From assembly GCA_028286585.1 (NCBI GenBank), contig JAQBRI010000008.1:84476-148475 (forward strand): DNA of 64,000 nucleotides. Direction: 5' to 3'. Within the stretch, counting starts at the first letter, position 1, and every line of letters begins with the position of its first letter. Of this stretch, positions 46,665 to 56,195 are shown piece after piece. Source of the DNA: Candidatus Kaiserbacteria bacterium. Its GTDB lineage: Bacteria > Patescibacteriota > Minisyncoccia > Phycocordibacterales > UBA2100. Under the pieces are notes generated by a model. The model searched no databases, was not told the origin of the DNA, and was given only the letters and a program-made list of their open reading frames with translations. The position numbers were made by a program, and so were the translations under genes.

Positions 46665-46738
46665 AATGTGGCATAGTATACGATAAATTTGCCTTTTTCG
46701 CAAAAAAAGAAATATGTCTCATTAGTTGTGCTAGAATA

Positions 46739-48016
46739 TTGCCAATGACAGAAATACAGGATCGCCTCATGCGCTATTGGAAAATTCTCGGTCCAGGTCT
46801 GATAACAGGAGCAGCGGATGATGATCCTTCAGGTATTGCTACTTATTCTCAAACTGGTGCGGCATATGGTTTTCAACTTCTGTGGCTCACGATTTTTACT
46901 TTTCCGCTCATGGGAGTGGTACAAGAAATGTGCGCACGCATAGGAATGGTTACCGGCCGAGGGCTTGCCAGTAATATTCGTCAAGAATACTCAAAAACAG
47001 TACTGTTGATTGTTGTAATACTTTTGGTCGCAGCAAACACTTTTAATATTGCGGCAGACATTGGTGCGATGGCACAAGCAGTGCAGCTCTTGGCTCCAAG
47101 GTTATCGTTTGGCTTTTTGGTAAGTTTTATTGTTGTCGGAAGCATTGCGCTCGAACTTTTTATAACCTATAAGATCTATTCAAAATATCTCAAATACCTT
47201 GCAATCGTACTTTTGGTCTATGTTGCAACCGGTTTTCTTATTAAGCCCGACTGGCATGCAGTCATGATAAACACATTGGTTCCCACAATTACATTTACAC
47301 GTGATCAATTGATTCTTATATGTGCGATTTTGGGAACAACTATTTCGCCCTACCTTTTCTTTTGGCAGGCATCGCAGGAAATCGAAGAAGAGATCGCAGA
47401 AGGCCGCGACTCAGAAGCGCAACGCCTCGACGCTACAAAAGACGAAATCCATTTTATGCGTGTCGATGTATGGAGCGGCATGCTTTTTTCTAATTTGGGA
47501 ATGTTTTTTATCATCCTTACTTGCGGAGCTGTCTTGTTTTCGCACGGAGTTACTAATATCCAAAGTGCATCGGACGCTGCAGAGGCATTGCGGCCTATCG
47601 TTGGTGATTGGGCGTACGTGCTCTTCTCTGTTGGAGTAGTCGGAGTTGGTTTGTTGTCGATTCCGGTTTTGGCAGGATCGAGCGCATATGCAATTGCCGA
47701 AATGATGGATTGGAAGGAAGGTCTCTCAAAAAAGCCGACACAAGCCTATGGCTTTTATGCTGTTATCGTATTTTCGATGCTGGTTGCACTTTTACTTAAC
47801 TTTATTGGACTCAATCCTATTAAAGCGTTGATTTATGCTGCAGTCGGTAACGGCGTCGTGGCACCTATTATGCTCTTTTTTGTGGTGATACTTAGTTCAG
47901 ACACAAGTCTTATGGGCGCATGGGTTAACGGAGTATGGCTCAAGACAATAGGATGGATTACAGTGGGCGTCATGGGTATTGTTGGCGTTGCAACAATTGC
48001 ATCAATCTTCATCTAA
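46739..48016 (+). CDS. mntH: NRAMP-family divalent metal (Mn2+/Fe2+) transporter
   Basis: 'GPGLITGAADDDPSGIATYSQTGAAYGFQLLW' is the NRAMP signature; about 11 TM helices. Confidence 0.8.
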   Translation: MPMTEIQDRLMRYWKILGPGLITGAADDDPSGIATYSQTGAAYGFQLLWLTIFTFPLMGVVQEMCARIGMVTGRGLASNIRQEYSKTVLLIVVILLVAANTFNIAADIGAMAQAVQLLAPRLSFGFLVSFIVVGSIALELFITYKIYSKYLKYLAIVLLVYVATGFLIKPDWHAVMINTLVPTITFTRDQLILICAILGTTISPYLFFWQASQEIEEEIAEGRDSEAQRLDATKDEIHFMRVDVWSGMLFSNLGMFFIILTCGAVLFSHGVTNIQSASDAAEALRPIVGDWAYVLFSVGVVGVGLLSIPVLAGSSAYAIAEMMDWKEGLSKKPTQAYGFYAVIVFSMLVALLLNFIGLNPIKALIYAAVGNGVVAPIMLFFVVILSSDTSLMGAWVNGVWLKTIGWITVGVMGIVGVATIASIFI

Positions 48017-48025
48017 TATATTTGT

Positions 48026-48472
48026 ATGGACACAATTGAACACTCTGCAGGTGTAATACTATTTCATTTTGATGGGTCAGAAAATCCACTGGTGTTATTG
48101 GTGCAACACACCGATGGACACTGGGGCATGCCAAAAGGTCATGTCGAATCAAACGAATCACTTTTGCAAACGGCAGTAAGAGAGCTGCGTGAAGAAACGG
48201 GAGTTGATAAAATTGAGATGATCTCTGGAATAACGCTTACCGAATCCTACAGTTATGAAAGAGAGGGGATACAATATGACAAACAGGTTGTCTATTTTGT
48301 TGCAGTTGCAAACACACGATCACTTCCAGAGCGAGAGAATGTATTCAAACAAGAGATACCCGACGTGTTGTGGGTACCGTTTCAGGAAGCACTTATAATC
48401 CTTTCGCACGAAGAATCGAGGGAGGTGCTGCGACAAGCGCAGCAGTATGCAGTCGATCAACTTCAAAAGTAA
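48026..48472 (+). CDS. NUDIX hydrolase
   Basis: Nudix box 'GHWGMPKGHVESNESLLQTAVRELREETGV'. Confidence 0.75.
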   Translation: MDTIEHSAGVILFHFDGSENPLVLLVQHTDGHWGMPKGHVESNESLLQTAVRELREETGVDKIEMISGITLTESYSYEREGIQYDKQVVYFVAVANTRSLPERENVFKQEIPDVLWVPFQEALIILSHEESREVLRQAQQYAVDQLQK

Positions 48473-48542
48473 GTTTCTTTGTGGTATTCTCACAAAGTTC
48501 TCGTGAGTGATGTACTACGCAATTTCGTAGTGAGTAAAAGAA

Positions 48543-48615
48543 GCCGATGTAGCTCAGCTGGTAGAGCGTCTCCATGGTAAGGAGGAGGTCGCCGGTTCGA
48601 TTCCGGCCATCGGCT
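48543..48615 (+). tRNA. tRNA-Thr (anticodon GGU)
   Basis: Acceptor GCCGATG/CATCGGC, anticodon stem TCTCC/GGAGG with loop ATGGTAA, T-loop TTCGATT. Confidence 0.85.
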
Positions 48616-48727
48616 CAACATGTTTAAATAGTGCAGTTAATTGACATACTGCATGATTTGATTTATAATCCGGCCGGTTAGTTCTGGATGCGCAGCAGCA
48701 TCCTTTCTCTTTTAGGGGGCAATTGCA

Positions 48728-49495
48728 ATGAATATTGTTGCGACAATTCGGGCACTTTTGGCACTCGTTGGTCTGCTTACCGTTTCAACCTACGTACGTG
48801 CAGGTGAAGCTCCACAATTTACTTGTGCAGCTTCGGAGTCAATCTGGTCACGCTATCTGGCAGGGCAAGGAGGATTCTGGAATACGCGATCGCCGACAAG
48901 TGTTACGTTCGGGGAATGCAGTCACGTGGAAAGCGGACTTTTCGCCAACTTCACGGTGCTCAAATCGCTCAATGTGACAAAGAAGGAGCCATGGGAAAGC
49001 GAAGTCGATTTTGCAATCGGAAAACGCGGTGCCCTCGGCGCATTTGATTACACTGCCATGGTGCAGTGGTATCGCGTAGACTTGGGTTCCAAATTCCATC
49101 TCGTCAACATTCTCAATGGGAATACCAGTTTGGGCTGGACAACAGCACTAAACGAGCGAACAAAATTGCGCTTGTACGCGGTGGCAGACATCATGTCGCC
49201 ACAGTCGGGACTGGCTGGAGGTGTTGCAACAAGCTTTGCGCTTGGCTCAACACTTACGTTCCAACTCTCGGAGCGCTGGTCGACGTCGACAACGGTCGAG
49301 GCGTGGAAATTCGTCAGCCACGGATTTCTGCAGAACACGAATTGGAATATCAAGGCCATCCAGGGCGTGAAATTCCAAATCAACGATGACTGGTCACTCA
49401 ATGTTTCAGCAATGCTGATGCACGGCAACATCACCGATCGACTTGATCATTCAACCAAGGGCGTAGTGAAGGTAGGATTCACAGCGAAGTTTTGA
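48728..49495 (+). CDS. Secreted hypothetical protein (possibly beta-rich; ends in Phe)
   Basis: Signal peptide; 255 aa; C-terminal '...VKVGFTAKF'. Confidence 0.4.
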   Translation: MNIVATIRALLALVGLLTVSTYVRAGEAPQFTCAASESIWSRYLAGQGGFWNTRSPTSVTFGECSHVESGLFANFTVLKSLNVTKKEPWESEVDFAIGKRGALGAFDYTAMVQWYRVDLGSKFHLVNILNGNTSLGWTTALNERTKLRLYAVADIMSPQSGLAGGVATSFALGSTLTFQLSERWSTSTTVEAWKFVSHGFLQNTNWNIKAIQGVKFQINDDWSLNVSAMLMHGNITDRLDHSTKGVVKVGFTAKF

Positions 49496-49614
49496 ATTAC
49501 GCTCGCAACAAACATGGGCCCCGACGAACATACACGTCGGGGCCCATACTTATTCTTATTTTGAATAAATCCATACATACAGGTAGAATGGTCACAATGT
49601 TTAAAGTGCTGTTC

Positions 49615-49685
49615 GCCGAAGTAGCTCAAGCAGGTAGAACTATGCTTTTGTAAATCGTTTGTGCGCCTTGTTGTTCGTATATTGT
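49615..49685 (+). pseudogene. Decayed tRNA-Thr-like remnant (UGU-type anticodon loop), in tandem upstream of tRNA-Thr(CGU)
   Basis: The 5' part GCCGAAGTAGCTCA is identical to the downstream tRNA. The anticodon arm is recognisable (TATGCT-TTTGTAA-ATCGT), but the D-stem has a mismatch and no T-arm remains. Confidence 0.4.
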
Positions 49686-49687
49686 TT

Positions 49688-49761
49688 GCCGAAGTAGCTC
49701 AGTTGGTAGAGCGACGCTTTCGTAAAGCGTAGGTCGCCGGTTCAATCCCGGCCTTCGGCTC
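49688..49761 (+). tRNA. tRNA-Thr (anticodon CGU)
   Basis: Acceptor GCCGAAG/CTTCGGC, anticodon stem ACGCT/AGCGT with loop TTCGTAA, T-loop TTCAATC. Confidence 0.9.
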
Positions 49762-49772
49762 AAAAAACTAGA

Positions 49773-49800
49773 TAAAATTAATGCCACACTTTTACATTTA
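49773..49800 (-). terminator. Hairpin GCCACACTTTTA-CATTT-AAAAGTGTGGC downstream of the minus-strand Nudix gene
   Basis: 11-bp perfect stem with a T-rich run on the minus strand. Confidence 0.45.
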
Positions 49801-49824
49801 AAAGTGTGGCTGGCGGTCCTAGGT

Positions 49825-50343
49825 TTAGCTAGACGGAACTGTTATTGGAGGACAGGGCAAAATAACTGAGAACTCGATAAGCTTGCGAAAATGTTCCGAC
49901 ATAAATTTGCCTTCTCTCACAAGCTCGTAAAATTGGTCGTAGGTGATGAATGATGCCTCCTCGCCCTCATTATAACTATGGTGCGGTCCCATCCACTTAA
50001 GTTCGCTATACTCGATGTTTCCAACAAAAATGTACTTTTCAAAACGAACACCATTCCTTTGGGCGACCCAATGACAAACATACGTCGTGTCTTTTTCTTT
50101 GACTGACAGTCCTGTCTCTTCGAGTACTTCCCGAATAGCCGTCTTTATGGGCCTCTCGTTATTTTTTCTTCCGCCTCCAGGTAATTTGAAAAGGGGATCT
50201 CTAGTGGCTCTTTCAATGACGACAACAATTCCAAGCGGAGGGGGAGGTGCTCGGTTGCCATCTTCATCGACAGCATTGCTGTATCCATCGGGGTACACTC
50301 GTATAAACATGAGTGCAGCGTGCTTGACACTAATAGTTGCCAT
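49825..50343 (-). CDS. NUDIX hydrolase
   Basis: Nudix box 'GGGRKNNERPIKTAIREVLEETGL'. Start taken at MATISV. Confidence 0.7.
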   Translation of the reverse strand: MATISVKHAALMFIRVYPDGYSNAVDEDGNRAPPPPLGIVVVIERATRDPLFKLPGGGRKNNERPIKTAIREVLEETGLSVKEKDTTYVCHWVAQRNGVRFEKYIFVGNIEYSELKWMGPHHSYNEGEEASFITYDQFYELVREGKFMSEHFRKLIEFSVILPCPPITVPSS

Positions 50344-50455
50344 TTTTGAACTCCTATACAGCATAGGTGCTATCAATTTTGCATCTGTTTTGCACTATGT
50401 ATTTTAAATCTCTCGGTGTCAAGGAATATCTCTACATGATATACTTGTCGCATCT

Positions 50456-51352
50456 ATGCAGAAAGCTGATATTGAGGCGCGATTGGCGCAAATTGAACAA
50501 GAAATGGGTGAGGCAATTTTTTGGACCGATAAAGAAAAGGCCCAGCAAACACTCAAAGAATATCAGGATCTAAAACAAAAACGCGATGGTGCAGGCGCAT
50601 ACGACAAGAGCGATGCAATAGTCACTATTATCTCAGGCGCTGGAGGCGACGACGCCGAAGACTTTACTCGGATGCTTTTTTCGATGTACTCAAATTTTGC
50701 ATCTTCTAAAGGCTGGTCGACCGCGCTGATTTCTGAAAACAAAAACACAATGGGTGGGTATAGAAGCGTTTCTTTTGAAATAAGCGGCTCAAACGCATAC
50801 GGAATGCTCAAACATGAAGCCGGCGTGCACAGACTGGTGCGAATGTCTCCATTTAATTCTGCAGGCAAACGACAAACATCATTTTGTTTGGTCGAAGTAC
50901 TACCGCGCCTTCCAGAGGGTGGCGACATCGTTATAGAAGACAAAGATCTTGATATATCAATAGCGCGATCCGGAGGCCCAGGTGGTCAAAACGTAAACAA
51001 GCGTGATACGGCTGTACGCATGACGCATATTCCAAGTAATTTTTCTGTGCACGTTACAAGTGAACGCAGCCAAGCTCAAAACAGAGAAAAAGCACTCGAA
51101 ATGCTGCGAGGTAAGCTCTTTCAGCAGCGCGAAGAAGCAGCAAAACTAGAGAGCCGAGGACTTTCTGTTGCATCTTCGACTAAGATTGAATGGGGAAGCC
51201 AGATACGTAGTTATACACTGCATCCATACCAACTTGTAAAGGATCATCGTACAGAACACGAGCGCCGTGACATCGAACAAGTACTTGATGGAGATATACA
51301 ATCTTTCATCACTGCGGAAAAGTCACTGGACATCTCAATTGAGGGAGTATAA
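50456..51352 (+). CDS. prfB: Peptide chain release factor 2. It is N-terminally short and has no programmed +1 frameshift site.
   Basis: The RF2-specific 'SPF' motif (MSPFNSAGKR) and the 'GGQ' motif (SGGPGGQNVNK) are both present. The 298-aa alignment starts near E. coli residue ~40. Confidence 0.85.
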   Translation: MQKADIEARLAQIEQEMGEAIFWTDKEKAQQTLKEYQDLKQKRDGAGAYDKSDAIVTIISGAGGDDAEDFTRMLFSMYSNFASSKGWSTALISENKNTMGGYRSVSFEISGSNAYGMLKHEAGVHRLVRMSPFNSAGKRQTSFCLVEVLPRLPEGGDIVIEDKDLDISIARSGGPGGQNVNKRDTAVRMTHIPSNFSVHVTSERSQAQNREKALEMLRGKLFQQREEAAKLESRGLSVASSTKIEWGSQIRSYTLHPYQLVKDHRTEHERRDIEQVLDGDIQSFITAEKSLDISIEGV

Positions 51353-52050
51353 TGGTTGAAAGACATATGATTTATTTCGATAAAGTTACAAAAATATATT
51401 CCTCAGGTTCAGCACCCGCAGTAGAAGACATTACTTTGGGCATTGAACCAGGAGAGTTTGTTTCGATCGTAGGACATTCGGGTGCAGGCAAAAGTACACT
51501 TCTCAAAATGCTATTTGCAGAAGTGTTTCCAACCGAGGGATCGGTCTTTTTTGGTTCTCGAGATATTAATGCACTCTCACAAAAGGATCTTCGTATTTTG
51601 CGTCGCAACATTGGAACGGTTTTCCAAGACTTTCGACTTCTTCAAACCAAGAACATTTTCGAAAATATTGCATTTGCCCTAGAGGTTGCAGGCAAAAGTG
51701 ATGCCGATATCGAAGCAGATGTACCACACGTGCTTGATCTTGTGGGACTTTCTGACAAAATCTGGAATTTTCCAAATCAGCTTTCGGGTGGAGAACAACA
51801 GCGAGTTGCTATCGCGCGTGCGATCGTTAACCAGCCAGACGTACTTATTGCCGACGAGCCAACCGGTAACCTTGATCCGGTAAACGCACACGATATTGTC
51901 GAGATCCTCAAAAAAATTAATGATCTTGGAACAACTATCCTTCTTACAACACACAACAAATCCATCGTTGATTCTGTCGGAAGGCGAGTAGTAACTATGG
52001 ATCGCGGACGTATTATTCGAGACGATTCTTCGGGTAAATACGTTCTTTAA
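51352..52050 (+). CDS. ftsE: Cell-division ABC ATPase FtsE
   Basis: Walker A 'GHSGAGKST', ABC signature 'LSGGEQQR' and Walker B '[11 protein letters not shown]'. The start overlaps the prfB stop (TAATG). Confidence 0.9.
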   Translation: MVERHMIYFDKVTKIYSSGSAPAVEDITLGIEPGEFVSIVGHSGAGKSTLLKMLFAEVFPTEGSVFFGSRDINALSQKDLRILRRNIGTVFQDFRLLQTKNIFENIAFALEVAGKSDADIEADVPHVLDLVGLSDKIWNFPNQLSGGEQQRVAIARAIVNQPDVLIADEPTGNLDPVNAHDIVEILKKINDLGTTILLTTHNKSIVDSVGRRVVTMDRGRIIRDDSSGKYVL

Positions 52051-52070
52051 ACTTAAATTAATATATTCTT

Positions 52071-52991
52071 ATGACATTTTGGGTAACAATTAAACGGGTG
52101 ACACGATACGGACTTTTGGGCTTCTTCCGAAATGGTTTTGTATCGCTTTCGGCAATTTTTATCATGACGATTACGCTCTTTGTTGCTTCTGCACTGATTA
52201 TTTTTGGTGCAGCACTCAATTCAGTGCTTAAAGATCTTACTACCAAGGTTGATATCACCGTGTACATGATGGTTGATGCTACCGACGACCAAATTCAATC
52301 ATTGCAGCAGTCGGTAAAGACGCTCTCACAAGTCTCTTCTGTTGAATATATTTCTCGAGAATCCGCTCTTGCTACATTTGAAGAGCGTCACAAGAACGAT
52401 CAGCTTACATTGCAGGCACTTCAGAGTCTTCCTGACAATCCGCTGGGCGCATCGCTCGAAATTAGAGCGAAGGATCCAAGTCAGTACGCTGCTATTTCAA
52501 AATATCTTGAGGATTATCAAAATTCCAACAGCAGCAGCGGTATCGATCGCATCAACTTTGTGCAAAATCAGGTTGCTATCGATCGCCTTACCTACATAAT
52601 CGACGCTTCACATAAGACCGCTCTCACTATCGCTATCATTTTGGGCATCGCATCACTTCTTATTGCATTCAACACTATTCGATTGGCAATTTACATTGCT
52701 CGCGACGAAATAAGTGTCATGAATATTGTCGGTGCATCACATTGGTTTGTCCGAGGCCCGTTTGTTGTTTCTGGATTTATGTACGGAGTTTTGTCGGCAA
52801 TAATAGTGCTTGTCATACTCTATCCACTTACTGTATGGCTCGGTCCGCCTTCGGAGCACTTCTTTGGTACGTTTAATGTGTATTCATACTATGTGAGTAC
52901 GTTCCCACTGCTTGCTCTCATACTTTTGGGCACCGGTGCAATTCTTGGGTCAGCATCGAGTTACTTGGCAGTTCGTCGGTATTTGCAATAA
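52071..52991 (+). CDS. ftsX: Cell-division permease-like protein FtsX
   Basis: FtsX topology: TM1, a large periplasmic loop, then 3 TM helices. It is adjacent to ftsE. Confidence 0.85.
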   Translation: MTFWVTIKRVTRYGLLGFFRNGFVSLSAIFIMTITLFVASALIIFGAALNSVLKDLTTKVDITVYMMVDATDDQIQSLQQSVKTLSQVSSVEYISRESALATFEERHKNDQLTLQALQSLPDNPLGASLEIRAKDPSQYAAISKYLEDYQNSNSSSGIDRINFVQNQVAIDRLTYIIDASHKTALTIAIILGIASLLIAFNTIRLAIYIARDEISVMNIVGASHWFVRGPFVVSGFMYGVLSAIIVLVILYPLTVWLGPPSEHFFGTFNVYSYYVSTFPLLALILLGTGAILGSASSYLAVRRYLQ

Positions 52992-53019
52992 ATTATATAA
53001 CTAGTATCTTTACACAATC

Positions 53020-54675
53020 ATGTCGCGCGCGCTGAAAAGTAATCATAAATATATCTTTGTAGTTGGAGGGGTGATGTCAGGAGTCGGTAAGGGAATTTCG
53101 GTCGCTTCATTGGGCAAAATATTAAGTGCACGTGGCCTATCAGTCAACGTGATGAAAATCGACCCGTATCTTAACGTAGACGCGGGCACCATGAACCCAA
53201 CCGAGCATGGCGAGGTATTCGTACTCGACTCTGGGCTCGAGACCGATCAAGACATGGGTAACTATGAACGCTTTCTCAATATTGATATCGGAGCAAACGA
53301 CTACATGACCAGTGGCATGGTGTACAAGGCAGTGATCGAGCGTGAACGAGCTCTGGGCTATGGCGGTAAGTGTGTTGAGGCAATCCCGCATGTGCGCGAC
53401 GAAATAATAGGCCGCATCAAAAGTGCTGCAAAGGAATCCAAGTCCGACATAACTATTGTCGAAATTGGAGGAACTATCGGTGACTTTCAGAACGAACTTT
53501 TTATCGAAGCTGCCCGCGTATTGCACCTCGAGAACCCAGACAACGTTGTGTTTATCATGGTGTCATATTTGCCAGTTCCAAGTACCTTGGGCGAAATGAA
53601 GACCAAGCCAACACAAACTGCAGTGCGAGCTCTTAACTCGTATGGTGTACAGCCCGACATCATCATTGCCCGATCAAACCAGCCTATCGACCAGCGACGC
53701 AAAGAAAAGCTTGCTATTTGGTGTAATGTTCAGGCGGATCACATTATCTCGGCACCGGATGTTAGTTCTATTTATGATGTACCGCTCAACTTTGAGCGTG
53801 ATAAGTTCTCAGAAATTGTCCTCAAGCGACTCAAGAAGCGAGGCAAGCAAACTTCCGACCTTGAAAGCTGGAAAAGATTTGCAGCGCACGCGAGCAATGG
53901 CCACAAACAGGTCAAAATTGGCATCGTAGGCAAATATTTTGATACAGGGGACTTTGTCCTCTCGGATGCATATCTCTCGGTTATCGAGGCGCTCAAGTTT
54001 TCTTCGTACGAACTTGGAGTCAAACCAACTATTAGCTGGATCAATGCAAAGCACATTCAGGATGGCACTGTACCAATCAAGTCACTTTCTGAATACGACG
54101 GAATTATTGTGCCGGGTGGATTTGGCGAAAGTGGTATTGAAGGCAAAATCATGACTGCAAAATATTGCCGTGAACAAAAGATTCCATACTTTGGATTGTG
54201 CTACGGACTTCATATGCTTGTGATTGAGTTCGCACGACATGTTGCGGGCCTAACAGGCGCCAACACAACCGAAATCAATCCTAAAACTGCCTATCCTGTT
54301 ATCGATATTTTGAAAGAACAAAAAGAAAAGCTTGCTCATAAGGATTACGGTGGATCGATGCGCTTGGGAGCATATCCATGTGAATTGCTCGAAGGCAGTA
54401 TCGTACGAAGTGCATATGGCGAGGCTGTTGTATCGGAGCGTCATCGACATCGATACGAAGTAAATCCAATCTATGTAGAACAGCTCGAAAAGGCTGGCCT
54501 GGTATTTTCTGGCATTTGGAAAGGAGGTCAACTTAAAGAAATTGCAGAGCTTCCAAAGAAAGTGCATCCATTTATGGTAGGTACGCAATTCCACCCAGAA
54601 CTCAAGGCACGACCACTGAGCCCACACCCATTATTTACCGCTTTTATCAAAGCTGCTCTTTCGGGCAAGAAATAG
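53020..54675 (+). CDS. pyrG: CTP synthase
   Basis: N-terminus 'KYIFVVGGVMSGVGKGISVASLG', a glutamine-amidotransferase domain 'GGFGESGIEGK' and a Cys 'GLCYGLH'. Confidence 0.9.
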   Translation: MSRALKSNHKYIFVVGGVMSGVGKGISVASLGKILSARGLSVNVMKIDPYLNVDAGTMNPTEHGEVFVLDSGLETDQDMGNYERFLNIDIGANDYMTSGMVYKAVIERERALGYGGKCVEAIPHVRDEIIGRIKSAAKESKSDITIVEIGGTIGDFQNELFIEAARVLHLENPDNVVFIMVSYLPVPSTLGEMKTKPTQTAVRALNSYGVQPDIIIARSNQPIDQRRKEKLAIWCNVQADHIISAPDVSSIYDVPLNFERDKFSEIVLKRLKKRGKQTSDLESWKRFAAHASNGHKQVKIGIVGKYFDTGDFVLSDAYLSVIEALKFSSYELGVKPTISWINAKHIQDGTVPIKSLSEYDGIIVPGGFGESGIEGKIMTAKYCREQKIPYFGLCYGLHMLVIEFARHVAGLTGANTTEINPKTAYPVIDILKEQKEKLAHKDYGGSMRLGAYPCELLEGSIVRSAYGEAVVSERHRHRYEVNPIYVEQLEKAGLVFSGIWKGGQLKEIAELPKKVHPFMVGTQFHPELKARPLSPHPLFTAFIKAALSGKK

Positions 54676-54681
54676 GTGGTG

Positions 54682-54706
54682 CGGGTTTGTATAAAGCCCG
54701 ATTTTC
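54682..54706 (+). terminator. Rho-independent terminator after pyrG (CGGGTTT-GTATA-AAGCCCG then ATTTTC)
   Basis: 7-bp stem with one G-U pair. Confidence 0.5.
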
Positions 54707-54757
54707 ATATATTCTACTGATTAACAGGGGATTTATCCCGCTGAAATTGTGTAAATC

Positions 54758-54775
54758 TTGCGGGATCGTCTAATG
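54758..54775 (+). repeat. 18-nt partial copy of the tRNA-Gln(CUG) 5' end (TGCGGGATCGTCTAATGG)
   Basis: Exact 18/18 match to 54888-54905, 112 nt upstream of the intact tRNA. Confidence 0.6.
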
Positions 54776-54887
54776 GCGCCATTTTTCAAGAAGTACACGA
54801 CTATGAAAAATGAGTGTCTCTAGGTAATCCTAGAGGAAGGAAGTTTGTTCGCGTGAAGAAAGTAATGGCCTTGGAAAATATATAATT

Positions 54888-54958
54888 TGCGGGATCGTCT
54901 AATGGTAGGACATCTGCCTCTGAAGCAGAGTATCTTGGTTCGAGTCCAAGTCCCGCAG
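54888..54958 (+). tRNA. tRNA-Gln (anticodon CUG)
   Basis: Acceptor TGCGGGA/TCCCGCA, D-arm GTC-TAATGGTAG-GAC, anticodon stem TCTGC/GCAGA with loop CTCTGAA, T-arm CTTGG-TTCGAGT-CCAAG. Confidence 0.85.
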
Positions 54959-54999
54959 CAAGTCAGTTTCTAATTTATGAAATGTTTTCTAAATAAATT

Positions 55000-55722
55000 A
55001 TGGATTATACAAAACTCAGTTCAGAACATCAGATTAAAGAGCTTTTATCTGCAATCACTCATGTACTTGGAAAATACCAAGATTTGCGAGCAATAATTTC
55101 CTTACCTAATGAAGATGGTCGTAATGTTGGTATATACGGAATCCAAACCACAATATTTTCTTTAGGTCTAACATACCATGCGATAATCGGTGCTGGACTT
55201 ACTCCACAAAGAACAAAAGATGAAGTACTTGCGTCATTTAAGCATTATCACACATTCGAAGGAAAGACTGATGATCAAATGATTGATTTAGCGGCAGATT
55301 TCTGGAAGAACAGCGTGCTAAGTCTGACACATTTTAGACTAGATTCGCTGTTTAGAAATCTCATAAAAGCTCTGGGAGGAAATCCTGGATCTCAAGGATT
55401 TGGCCCGAACACAACATTGCTATTTAACTTAATCACTCTTCGTGACCGGACTACGAATGAAAATATTCTAGATATATTTAGTGCGATGAGAAATTCCCTT
55501 CACAATAATGGAATTCATATAAAAAACCCAATACCACTGACTATTTTTTACGGTATGCAATATGAATTTCAACCAGAAATAGACATCAAATGTGCGTCCT
55601 TCGGACATATTTTTGCCATATTGGAGGCAACTGCCGATGTTCTGACTGATGTGTTAACATCACCCGAAATTATCGCTTTGCCGAAAGTGGAAGATTTGTA
55701 CGCTGATCTTAATCCGGAATAA
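55000..55722 (+). CDS. Hypothetical protein
   Basis: 240-aa ORF, the first gene after tRNA-Gln(CUG). Confidence 0.4.
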   Translation: MDYTKLSSEHQIKELLSAITHVLGKYQDLRAIISLPNEDGRNVGIYGIQTTIFSLGLTYHAIIGAGLTPQRTKDEVLASFKHYHTFEGKTDDQMIDLAADFWKNSVLSLTHFRLDSLFRNLIKALGGNPGSQGFGPNTTLLFNLITLRDRTTNENILDIFSAMRNSLHNNGIHIKNPIPLTIFYGMQYEFQPEIDIKCASFGHIFAILEATADVLTDVLTSPEIIALPKVEDLYADLNPE

Positions 55723-55735
55723 GTCTATACAATAA

Positions 55736-55764
55736 AGTTCTAACATTGTCCCACACTCCCAGCC
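55736..55764 (+). repeat. Cassette-boundary repeat, copy 7 (island 2)
   Basis: AGTTCTAACATTGTCCCACACTCCCAGCC. Confidence 0.55.
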
Positions 55765-55808
55765 ATCTTAAGTGCAGTTTCGAGTCGAGGGGACTATATA
55801 ATGAAATT

Positions 55809-56090
55809 ATGGACGAACAGAAAATAATTGATAATTTTAAATCAGAAGGGTACCAAAAGATATACATATGGGATGCAGAACCCGGAGAAATAGACGAGGA
55901 ACATCAGCATGACTTTGATACTTGTTTAATTATTCTTAAAGGAAAAATTAATATTACTTCTTTAATAGACGCTGTTGTTACTAATACGGCTCATCAGGCT
56001 GGGGCACATATTTTTATTGAAAAGAATAATCCTCATTCTGCAAAAGTCGGTCCAGATGGCTGTCGATACCTAGTTGCTGAAAAACATTAA
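55809..56090 (+). CDS. Cupin-fold small protein
   Basis: 'EHQHDFDTCLIILKGKINI' is a cupin motif. Start taken at MDEQKII. Confidence 0.45.
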   Translation: MDEQKIIDNFKSEGYQKIYIWDAEPGEIDEEHQHDFDTCLIILKGKINITSLIDAVVTNTAHQAGAHIFIEKNNPHSAKVGPDGCRYLVAEKH

Positions 56091-56094
56091 TGTA

Positions 56095-56120
56095 AAAATG
56101 GGGTCTGACCCCATTTTCTA
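56095..56120 (+). terminator. Hairpin terminator AAAATGGGGTC-T-GACCCCATTTT (family copy 1)
   Basis: 11-bp perfect stem followed by TTTTC. Confidence 0.55.
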
Positions 56121-56195
56121 TTTAGAAACTCAAAACTTTTTCCTGAATATAAATCTCACGAAAGATTTAGTATTTCTGACTTAACGGAGGCGGTT

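Noticed and set aside
46476-46703. 75-aa minus-strand ORF
   Set aside because: It is superimposed on tRNA-Asp and its terminator and is not a CDS.
48393-48575. 60-aa minus-strand ORF
   Set aside because: It overlaps tRNA-Thr(GGU).
50347-50460. Possible programmed +1 frameshift exon upstream of prfB
   Set aside because: The only compatible upstream frame is 7 codons long (GTG TCA AGG AAT ATC TCT ACA TGA). It lacks both the CUU-UGA-C slippery site and an internal SD, so the ORF start at 50456 was kept.
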